A DNA stretch of 64,000 nt from Candidatus Gottesmanbacteria bacterium (GCA_963790805.1 CAWBPL010000002.1:640696-704695); one strand, 5' to 3'; counted from the stretch's first letter, positions 54,232 through 62,677 are shown. Notes: a model not told the origin generated them from the sequence alone. Made by a program: numbers and translations.

Positions 54232-55340
54232 TAAAAGCCTGATAATCAGATAAATTAGATAACATTAGACTGTCCATATATATACTTAACCTTATATATA
54301 ATAAGCGTGTCAATAGGTTTGTTGATATATTTAAGTACTAATCAGATATGGTACTCAAAAGCATGGATTGTGGAATGTACTATCAATAATAGGGATATTT
54401 CACGAATTACCGCATAGATATAAAGAAGGTATTAATAATATTATTAATATTTTTAATCAATAGATATTGATTAAAAAAAATGAATATACTGTAATTATTT
54501 CCCGCGACCAGAGTTTTACAGTTTATTGAGACAAACGCGTGAAAAGGCGATAGAGTAACCTAAATTATCTTTATGACCTGTAATGATTAGTTTAATCACC
54601 TTATAGTAAAATCAGCTTTGGAACACTCATTATTGATACTCTCAGATATGTAATTAGTCAATATATATTGATATATGGACTCTTAGCATTCTTAACAGTT
54701 TTGTGCTATTAGTAATTTTGCTTATTGTATTGCCCTAAAACGATCATCACATTAACACACTTTTCAGTTTATATTGTTATAAGTCTTTGTTCGGTTTTTT
54801 GTAATAATACTCAAAAAATGTTGAAGCTAAATAATCGTAAGAAATAGGGGTTGGCAATTACATTCTATGAGTGCCATTATTGTTTTAGCTTATATTTTCG
54901 TGCCAAAAATGATTTGTTATACCCTAGAAGAAGTGAGGCGAGGGTAAAATATAAGACATAGAAATTTATAAGGAATGAGGCAAGGCTATTCGCAAACAGC
55001 ACTCCTAAAGTGCTTATTGGTTTAGATTGATCTAACGTTGTTTTATTGTGTTACATTGAATGAAAATTTATAAAACTGATCATACATGAAGTTATAAGCA
55101 CTCTTTCAAGTTTGGATTGTTATAGTAATATATCGGTATTTATTCGTTTATAATTATAGGTTTATAAAAACTCATATTAACCTCTTTGTTGTATTTGAAT
55201 ATCCCGTAGTTAGTAAAACGGTTTGCGTGAGATATGCGTGTGAAAATATTGGTTTAGCTACCGTATTTTTAGGTCACTGGAATGACCTACAAGGGGCAAT
55301 AGAAAGTAAAGATGTAAAATTGGTACGTATATAATATATA
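54232..55340. other. 1.1-kb AT-rich non-coding region between the giant gene and leuS
   Basis: No ORF of 60 aa or more occurs in any frame. The region is visibly AT-rich. It contains a perfect 18-nt palindrome ATTAATAATATTATTAAT (54431-54448). It also contains the inverted repeat AATCAATA-ga-TATTGATT (54455-54472). Confidence 0.7.
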
Positions 55341-57892
55341 ATGAAGCGCATGAGACAGTCTTCGTATCCACATAACGAGATAGAAAGAATGGCAGAACGC
55401 TTGGGAAAAGGCGAGAGTTGATATTGTTGATATAACGAAAGCCAAAAAACCTTTTTATAACCTCATGATGTTTCCATATCCGTCAGCTGAAGGGCTTCAC
55501 GTTGGAAACATGTATGCATTTACCGGATCTGATATTTATGGTCGATTTAAACGGATGCAGGGCTACGATGTCTTTGAACCAATCGGGCTTGGATGGATTC
55601 GGAATTCATAGCGAAAATTATGCTTTAAAAATCGGGCGGCACCCTATGGATCACGCAACGATAACGGAAAAAAATTATTATAATCAGTTGCATAAGATCG
55701 GTGCGATGTTTGATTGGACCCGGACAGTGGAGACATATGATACAGATTATTATAGATGGACACAGTGGCTGTTTGTTCAGATGTTTAAGCATGGTTTAGC
55801 TTATCGCAGCAAGGCGGAAGTTAACTTTTGTCCGAGCTGTAAGACGGTATTGGCAGATGAACAGGTGATTGATGGAAAGTGTGAACGATGCGGTAATATT
55901 GTAGAGAAAAGATTGTTGGAACAATGGTTTTTTAAGATTACCGCATATGCGGGGAAACTGCTGGAAAACTCATTTAGCCTCGATTGGTCGGAAAAAGTAA
56001 AAGTGGCACAAAAAAATTGGATCGGGAAAAAAGAGGGGATAGAAATTACTTACCCGGTAGTTGATGAGAAAAATAATCAAATAGGAAACGTAACATGCTT
56101 CACAACTCGGCCTGATACGAACTTCGGTGCCACATTTGTTGTCATTGCGCCCGAACATCCTTTTGTCAGTCAAGCACTTAAAGTGACAAAAAATGAACAG
56201 CGCGTCAAAATAACCAAATACGTTTCCGAAGCAAAAATGAAATCAGAAGACGATCGGATACAGGAAGGAAGAAAGAAAACTGGGGTCGATACAACGCTCT
56301 ATTGTGTTAATCAGCTCAACGGAACGAAGATGCCGTTGTATATTTCTGATTTTGTGCTCATGAATTTTGGCACCGGAGCGGTTGTCGGCGTGCCCGGACA
56401 TGACATGCGCGATTTTGAATTTGCGACAATGTTTCATATTCCCGTCATTCGAGTCGTTGTCGGTTCGGATGGTGATAAAAGCCCAATTACAAAAAAAGAG
56501 CAAGTGCAGGAAGAAGAAGGCGTCATGATCAATTCTGAATTTTTAGACGGCAAAGATATTCATAAAGCGACCATTGAGATGATGGATTATTTGGAGAAAA
56601 AGGGTTGGGGGAAGCGCGTTACGACGTACCATTTGCGCGATTGGCTTATTAGCCGCCAGCGCTATTGGGGACCGCCGATACCGATGATTTATTGTTTGGA
56701 ATGTGAAAAAAGAGGTAAGGGTGAACGAAGTGAAATGCAGGGTTGGTACAGCGTGCCGGATAAAGATCTTCCCGTCGTATTGCCGAAAATTGAAGATTAC
56801 AGGCCGGGAAATGACGGTATAGCGCCCTTAGCAAAACATAAAGATTTTTATAATGTGGCATGCCCTGCGTGCGGTAGGTAGCGCGACGGGAAACTGATGT
56901 TTCCGATACATTTCTGGATAGCTCATGGTATTTTCTTCGCTATCCATCTGTTGGCAATGCTAAGGTCTCCCGCCAGCGCGGGATCCCCGCATTGCCTTTT
57001 GATCCAGCGATTACGAAAAAATGGCTGCCTGTCCATATGTATACCGGAGGCGCGGAGCATAGCGTATTGCACCTTATGTACAGCCGTTTTGTGACCATGG
57101 CGCTCAAAGACTGGGGATATATCAATTTTGAGGAACCGTTCAGCACGTTTTTACGCACATGGATTGGTGATTAAAGATGGTGCAAAAATGAGCAAAAGCA
57201 AGGGGAATATCGTTAATCCGGATGAATATATCGCTCTCTATGGCGCCGATGCGCTTCGCATGTATCTTATGTTCATGGGGCCGTTTGATCAGGGCGGTGA
57301 TTTTCGTGATGCCGCAATGGAAGGGATGAGCCGCTGGGTCGGCCGGGTATGGCGTCTGGGAGAGGCTGTCCGGACAAAGAAAGCGAGCTCATCGGTTAAA
57401 ATTCATGGAGCATTGCAAAAACTGATTAAAAAAGTGACGGATGATCTGGAAAAACGCCGCTACAATACCGCAATTGCTTCGATGATGGAATTTACCAACC
57501 TTGTTGCGGATGAATCTGACGCGATAAGTACCGACGACTATACAACGCTTCTGCTTCTTATGGCGCCCTTTGCGCCGTATATCACTGAGGAGCTTTGGCA
57601 AACAATGCATAATAATAATTCTGCTAAAGAATTTCAGGCGAACGATTCTATTCATCACCACGCATGGCCTGCGTACGATCTTACCGGTATAAAAGAAGAA
57701 GAAACGGCATTTGTGGTGCAGGTAAACGGGAAGCTTCGGGATACCATGACGGTTTCTGTTGAAAAAAGTAAGAATCAAGGAGAAATGGAAGCATTGGCGA
57801 AGGCGTCGGAACGGATTAAACGATATATTGCCGATAAAAAAATTATAAAAGTCATTTTTATATCCGGCAAGCTTCTCAATTTTGTTGTTTAA
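55341..57892 (+). pseudogene. leuS: Leucyl-tRNA synthetase gene interrupted by four frame changes (pseudogene or locally error-rich assembly)
   Basis: LeuRS sequence is recoverable only by joining frames. Positions 55341-55388 read MKRMRQSSYPHNEIE. Positions 55390-55590 read WQNAWEKA...MFPYPSAEGLHVGNMYAFTG...EPIGL. Positions 55592-56878 read DGFGIHSENY...CPACG. Positions 56878-57150 read VARRETDVSDTFLDSSWYFLRY...EEPFSTF. Positions 57152-57892 read YAHGLVIKDGAKMSKSKGN to the stop. Confidence 0.8.
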
Positions 57893-57981
57893 CCCTGAGC
57901 CTGTCGAAGGTTTATCTTGAGCTTGTTGAAAGGGTTTTCATGTAAGACGGTTTACAGACTTTTGTTCCCCGTTGTGGTGAA

Positions 57982-58713
57982 ATGCCTTCAATGGACCTCC
58001 TGCCGGTCGAAGAAAACCCGTCAGATTTGCTCGAAATCTGGAAACAATACAAGATTCCTGTGGTTTTGGGTGTGGGAAGCGTTGTGTTGGCGGTGATTTC
58101 GATATTTCTTCTTGTCAAATCAAGCCAAAGTGCAAATCCCATTCAATTTTCTCATACGAATTCGGCGCAAAATACGGATACAGCAGGCTCGTTTGAATCA
58201 AGCACTCTAGGGAGTCAGTCTGCTAATTTGGGGGGTATTACGGTGGACGTGGAGGGAGCGGTGGTAAAACCAGGTCTTGTGACACTACTATCGGGTAACA
58301 GAGTGGAGGATGCCATCGTGGCAGCTGGAGGATTGAGACGTGATGCAGACGAAATATTTGTTGCGCAAAATATCAACCGCGCAATGAAACTCGTTGACGG
58401 CATGAAACTGTATATTCCGAGTGTCGGAGAAGACCAGACGTCGTACAATCCAAAGCTAAATGGTTCTATAGATGAGACGTCGCACAATTTTAGCGCCGTT
58501 GTTGCGAAGCCGGGCGCGTCTAGCCAAAATGGTGCCTTCGTTTCTATAAATATGGCTTCAAAAGATGATTTAGATTCGCTTCCGGGCGTTGGCCCAGTCA
58601 CGGCGCAAAAAATTATCGACAATCGGCCGTATGCAAGTCTTGACGATCTGGTGACGAAAAAGGCAATCGGGCCGTCATTGTATGCAAAACTCAAAAACAT
58701 GCTGTCACTGTAA
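57982..58713 (+). CDS. comEA: Competence protein ComEA (membrane-anchored helix-hairpin-helix DNA receptor)
   Basis: It has an N-terminal TM helix (IPVVLGVGSVVLAVISIFLLV) and a SLBB-like middle region (ITVDVEGAVVKPGLVTL). The C-terminal tandem HhH is INMASKDDLDSLPGVGPVTAQKIIDNRPYASLDDL. Confidence 0.85.
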   Translation: MPSMDLLPVEENPSDLLEIWKQYKIPVVLGVGSVVLAVISIFLLVKSSQSANPIQFSHTNSAQNTDTAGSFESSTLGSQSANLGGITVDVEGAVVKPGLVTLLSGNRVEDAIVAAGGLRRDADEIFVAQNINRAMKLVDGMKLYIPSVGEDQTSYNPKLNGSIDETSHNFSAVVAKPGASSQNGAFVSINMASKDDLDSLPGVGPVTAQKIIDNRPYASLDDLVTKKAIGPSLYAKLKNMLSL

Positions 58714-58754
58714 TGACCTAGGACGGCTTTTCTTTTTGGGTCCGTATCGATTCT

Positions 58755-59831
58755 ATGACGTTGGATTTGTTTACAGGGCTTATTAACGGTCTGTTGCCGG
58801 AACCTCATGCCGGTTTATTAAACGGAATTTTATTTGGTGTCAAGACGACATTGAATCCGGATCTTCAACAATCTCTTTTAAAATCCGGTACATCATATAT
58901 TTTAGCGCACTCTGGTATGAATATTTCCATCCTCGTTGGTATATCAAATCTCCTACTTCTTCGCTTTGTTCGTAGACCTATAGCAAATTTGGTTTCTGTG
59001 ATAATCATTATAGGGTATGTTTGGTTAGTGGGAATAACACCGAGCGTACTTCGTGCGGCGCTTATGGCCGCGATATCTTTGGCAGCCGTATCATTGGGTC
59101 GTCAAAACTGGACTCTATTAAGTTGGGTATTGGCGGTCGGTATTATGCTTATTATTAATCCCCTGTGGATCGGCGATGTTTCATTTCAGATTTCAGTCAT
59201 GGCCACCTTAGGGATAATTGTGTTTGGAGGCAAAAAATCTCACGCGGGGAGGCTCACAATTTTGAGCACCGTCACGCGCAGGAACTCCACGTCAGCAGGC
59301 TCTTTACCAATGCGCGCGCAGGTCACAAACGAAAATTTAGACGCATCTTCAGTTTCTCTCGTGAACTCAGCTCCAACTCTTCATACGTTGGATTCTCACT
59401 CGCAAAGTGAAGCTGCGCAAAATTTTGTTAGCTCCCCGCGCGGGAGGGCTTTTTCGCGTCCACATCATCCACCAATCTTAAGCCTTCTTGACGGATACGC
59501 AACAAATTGCGCGCCGACCAAAGCGATTGCAAAATTTATATGGTCTTTGATCGCAGATGACCTTCGGGTTACCCTCGCCGCTCAAGCGTTTACGATTCCC
59601 ATCATCATCTTTCAATTCCATCAGATATCGCTTGTCTCTCCCCTTTCGAATATCCTTATTGGCTGGCTGATTGCGCCGGTTATGGCTTTGGGCTTTGCGC
59701 TCGTCATTGGTGGTCTTTTGTGGGCGCCGATCGGTATGATATTCGCTTGGATTGTTTTTGTCCCGTTGTCATACATCATTCTTGTTATTGATTTGACGAG
59801 CAAACTGCCGTTTGCAAGTTTGTCGTGGTGA
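58755..59831 (+). CDS. comEC: ComEC/Rec2 competence channel, membrane (competence) domain part; carries an in-frame repeat-element insertion
   Basis: LPEPHAGLLNGILFGVKTTLNPDLQQSLLKSGTSYILAHSGMNISIL is the ComEC signature region. The ORF ends at TGA 59829-59831, which is in frame with the next ORF. Confidence 0.75.
   Translation: MTLDLFTGLINGLLPEPHAGLLNGILFGVKTTLNPDLQQSLLKSGTSYILAHSGMNISILVGISNLLLLRFVRRPIANLVSVIIIIGYVWLVGITPSVLRAALMAAISLAAVSLGRQNWTLLSWVLAVGIMLIINPLWIGDVSFQISVMATLGIIVFGGKKSHAGRLTILSTVTRRNSTSAGSLPMRAQVTNENLDASSVSLVNSAPTLHTLDSHSQSEAAQNFVSSPRGRAFSRPHHPPILSLLDGYATNCAPTKAIAKFIWSLIADDLRVTLAAQAFTIPIIIFQFHQISLVSPLSNILIGWLIAPVMALGFALVIGGLLWAPIGMIFAWIVFVPLSYIILVIDLTSKLPFASLSW
59240..59535 (-). 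repeat. Palindromic repeat element, copy C (composite, about 290 nt), inserted in-frame inside comEC
   Basis: The reverse complement of 59262-59287 (gttcctgcgcgtgacggtgctcaaaat) is nearly identical to 170-196. Positions 59480-59494 (aagccttcttgacgg) are an exact reverse-complement match to 39844-39858. An internal inverted duplicate pairs 59242-59270 with 59412-59443. Confidence 0.65.
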
Positions 59832-59843
59832 GTTTATGAGCGT

Positions 59844-60740
59844 ATGAAATTGCGAGTCGGATACCTTATCTGCGGAATTACTACAGGGTTGATTATCCTT
59901 ATTGGATTTATATGGACTCAGCCCGACGGGTTGCTCCATATTGTTTTTTGCAATGTCGGCCAAGGCGATAGCGCGTATGTCCGTTTTCCGGACGGGCGCG
60001 ATATGCTTGTTGATGGTGGTCCGGATAACGGGTTAGCGCTTACCTGCCTTGGTCGCCATATGCCATTTTGGGATAGGCATATCAATATTGTCGTCATGTC
60101 GCATCCGCAGGCTGACCATATGGGAGGGCTCGTTGAGGTTTTTAAGCGGTTTTCCGTTGATTATTTTGTGCGAAGTGATGCCGACAATAATACTGATATT
60201 TACAAAAGCCTTCTTACCGCCGTGAATGAACGGCATGTACCTGTCCGGTACGTAACTGCCGGAGATCAAATTGCAATTGGATCCACTTCCCTTCTGATGA
60301 TTTGGCCCTCTTTTGAACAACTTGCGCGTGCTAAACCTACAGCTGAGACAGTGGCTCATGTGGGTGTTGCAGTCGGCAACCTGAACGACGACTGCCTGGT
60401 TTTTGTGTTGCGGTATGGAAATTTCGATGCAGTTTTTCCGGGAGATGCAGACCGTGATGTTGAGGCTAATTACACCGGACTACAGGTCTTTCACAATCCT
60501 GTAGAAATTCTTAAAGTGCCGCATCACGGAAGTAAAACCGGTATGAATTTAGCTTTTATTGACTGGCTAAAACCACAATTAGCAGTAATCTCGGTCGGGA
60601 AGAATACATACGGTCAGCCTGCAAAAGAGGCTGTTGATATGCTCCAAAACGTTGGTTCACGCGTGTTGCGGACTGATCAAAAAGGCGACATAGAAGTAAC
60701 AAGCGACGGAATACGTTGGTCAGTAAAAACGGAAAAATAG
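59844..60740 (+). CDS. comEC: ComEC C-terminal metallo-beta-lactamase domain part
   Basis: It has a TM helix followed by FCNVGQGDSAYVRFPDGRDMLVDGG, SHPQADHMGG (HxHxDH-type) and LKVPHHGSKTG. Confidence 0.8.
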   Translation: MKLRVGYLICGITTGLIILIGFIWTQPDGLLHIVFCNVGQGDSAYVRFPDGRDMLVDGGPDNGLALTCLGRHMPFWDRHINIVVMSHPQADHMGGLVEVFKRFSVDYFVRSDADNNTDIYKSLLTAVNERHVPVRYVTAGDQIAIGSTSLLMIWPSFEQLARAKPTAETVAHVGVAVGNLNDDCLVFVLRYGNFDAVFPGDADRDVEANYTGLQVFHNPVEILKVPHHGSKTGMNLAFIDWLKPQLAVISVGKNTYGQPAKEAVDMLQNVGSRVLRTDQKGDIEVTSDGIRWSVKTEK

Positions 60741-60798
60741 TAAAATCATATGCACACATTTTCTTGTACCGATCGTTTCGTTGGTCTACACTACAAGT

Positions 60799-62133
60799 AT
60801 GCCGAGTGATACTGCCCTTACTTCACCCGATCTTGTTATAGTGTTTGCCCAAGCACTTACCGGCTTGGGGCACTTGCGCGTCAGTCATGCGCTCTATCAC
60901 GGGTTGCCGCCGGGGGTCCACGCTCTCCTTCTCAACTCTCAGGATGAAAGTATTAACTCGATATACAAAGTTATGAGCGTCAATCCTGCTCTTCGAAACG
61001 TTATGGAATTTGCACAACAGGGATTGCCGGAAGATATATCTACCATCCTTTTGCGATGGTATTTTCGAAGAAATACGAGACTCATCGCCGAACAACTGCA
61101 GACCATTTTGGAGCAGCACGGTGCGAAACCAAAAACTCTTTTAGTTATTGCGACACACACCTTTCTGGGTCATGAGCTTGCGGCGATCAAAGAAAAGTTT
61201 AGCCGAACCAACAAAGTGCATGTGGTGCTGGTTGTCGTGGTCACTGACGACAGTCCGCAACACATATGGTCTGTGGGCGGAGCCGATTTGGTATTTGTAC
61301 CTAGCGAGTATACCAAGGGTCAGCTTGAATCATATCATCGTTCGCATCGCCGTATGGCTCCGACGACATATGTTGTTGCACCGTATATGGTAAGTCCGGC
61401 ATTGGGTATGGAGTGTTCTGAAATCCAGTACAGTCGTCGTATTCAGGAATTGGATCCCGGACGCCTCGCGAGTATTCATATGGCGATTCCTATATCAGGC
61501 GCTTCCGTTCAGTTGTTGTATCTTGAAAAACTCATACGGGAGTTGAAGCGGTTGTCTGATCGCTTTGTGTATCAGGTCATTTCGCAGCATTCTCCTTCAA
61601 CGAATGCGTTTTTACGCATGATGATCGGGAAACGGAATGTCCGGCTTCATGTTTCGTATTCGTATCGTGAAGTTGTCGATTTGTATGAACAGGTCTACGA
61701 GCGTGAAGTTATCGCGCTTGAAGTGACCAAGCCATCCGAGCAATCGTTTAAAGCGCTTCTCAAGCCCCGGCAGCGCGGCGGCGCAATTCTTCTGTTTTCC
61801 CAACCGGTGGGTCGTCAGGAGCGGGATAATCTTCGCTTTCTTATCCGGCACAATCTCCTACCGACCACTCAGGAACAAAAAACGCTATGGCGATTGGCTA
61901 TATCCAACAAGCCTCCGAGCGAAAGTATTCTCGTTCATGCTCGGTGCTGGCGGGGGCTTCGACTTCCGGTTCATTCCAAAGCATCAGCACAATTTATCTG
62001 GTGGGCCCATGAACACAAGCTCTTTTTGGCTATGGCGCATTTTGCAGGGTTTCCCCAGAGTTCAGAGCTCGGCAGTTATGGTGTAACGACGTTCTGGAAA
62101 ACCGTAAATGAATATTTAGAGCATAATAAATAG
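60799..62133 (+). CDS. Hypothetical protein; weak resemblance to the MGDG-synthase/UgtP-type GT-B N-terminal domain
   Basis: The track ORF starts at TTG 60781 and the first ATG is at 60799. IVFAQALTGLGHLRVSHALYHGL and VVVVTDDSPQHIWSVGGADLVFVPSEY loosely follow the G-x-G-H...TD...W...D-x-y-x-V pattern. No confident motif was found. Confidence 0.3.
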   Translation: MPSDTALTSPDLVIVFAQALTGLGHLRVSHALYHGLPPGVHALLLNSQDESINSIYKVMSVNPALRNVMEFAQQGLPEDISTILLRWYFRRNTRLIAEQLQTILEQHGAKPKTLLVIATHTFLGHELAAIKEKFSRTNKVHVVLVVVVTDDSPQHIWSVGGADLVFVPSEYTKGQLESYHRSHRRMAPTTYVVAPYMVSPALGMECSEIQYSRRIQELDPGRLASIHMAIPISGASVQLLYLEKLIRELKRLSDRFVYQVISQHSPSTNAFLRMMIGKRNVRLHVSYSYREVVDLYEQVYEREVIALEVTKPSEQSFKALLKPRQRGGAILLFSQPVGRQERDNLRFLIRHNLLPTTQEQKTLWRLAISNKPPSESILVHARCWRGLRLPVHSKASAQFIWWAHEHKLFLAMAHFAGFPQSSELGSYGVTTFWKTVNEYLEHNK

Positions 62134-62149
62134 CTTTTATTTTGGGGTA

Positions 62150-62178
62150 TTGACAAGTATGTTTTAGAGTAGTAAACT
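62150..62178 (+). promoter_or_regulatory. Sigma70-type promoter of the argS leader
   Basis: TTGACA (62150-62155), a 17-nt spacer, then TAAACT (62173-62178). Confidence 0.55.
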
Positions 62179-62204
62179 AATTTTTCTTAACATTTAAATA
62201 TATG

Positions 62205-62497
62205 TGGCGTTGAAGGAGAAAGTCCGATCAGATCGGACCTCGAGCTCCTTTACCCTGATACTGTTCCTAGTGAAGGGCGAGCCGGTTTCCGAAAAAATCT
62301 TTACCCAGAGCGAAAGCTAGGGTACAGGAAAGTAGGAAACATAAATGAGCTAATTGCAACTTCTGTCAAGGCATTTACAGGAGTTTTGTTTGTCCCCGTG
62401 ACAAGCGATTAGAAATGAAGGTGGCACCACGGTTTTAAACCGTCCTTTTGAGCCTCCTACCCTCTTTAGGGTACGAGGCTTAAGCGGACGGTTTTTT
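62205..62497 (+). promoter_or_regulatory. T-box riboswitch leader (tRNA-sensing transcription attenuator) upstream of argS
   Basis: The T-box sequence is AAGGUGGCACCACGG (62418-62432). It forms a canonical antiterminator: A1 AAGG/CCUU, a 7-nt bulge UGGCACC, A2 ACGG/CCGU and the loop UUUUAAA. A competing terminator follows. The 5' UGAAGGAGAAAGU is a K-turn/S-turn-like element. Confidence 0.8.
62437..62497 (+). terminator. Intrinsic terminator of the T-box leader
   Basis: ACCGUCC (62439-62445) pairs with GGACGGU (62486-62492). Inside it are the helices GAGCCUC/GAGGCUU and UACCCU-cuuu-AGGGUA. A U6 run follows (62492-62497). Confidence 0.75.
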
Positions 62498-62677
62498 GGT
62501 GGGAATTTTGCGATCCGCCAGCCGGCGGAGAGCTTAATTTCCGATCAATCCGCCGAAGCCTTAGCGAAGGTGGATTGTGGGAAAAAGTATTTTCTCCTGT
62601 AGTATGTAAACTACCGGAAGAGGGTATTGGTACTTGATGTTTTATGATCTACTTTATTGAGTCAAAATAGTGGTATT

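Noticed and set aside
54232-55340. A CRISPR array or tandem-repeat array in the AT-rich region.
   Set aside because: No regularly spaced direct repeats of 24-40 nt were found by eye. Only scattered short AT palindromes are present, and there are no cas genes in the window.
55341-57892. Programmed ribosomal frameshifting in leuS.
   Set aside because: Four shifts in both directions, with no shared slippery heptamer or downstream stimulatory structure, is not the pattern of programmed recoding. Indel mutations or consensus errors are more parsimonious.
58215-58808. A 197-aa minus-strand ORF antisense to comEA.
   Set aside because: comEA on the plus strand has clear HhH and SLBB motifs. The antisense ORF has none.
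59829-59831. The in-frame TGA in comEC as evidence for UGA reassignment (code 4/25).
   Set aside because: TGA is the natural stop of many well-delimited genes here (for example 8870, 11242, 17027, 18783). Recoding it would fuse unrelated ORFs, so code 11 fits the window.
62211-62232. GGAGAAAGUCCG resembles the RNase P RNA CR-I box (GAGGAAAGUCCGG).
   Set aside because: No CR-V (ACAGAAnnCGGCUUA) or other RNase P core elements follow. The same region ends in a canonical T-box antiterminator and terminator directly upstream of an aaRS gene.
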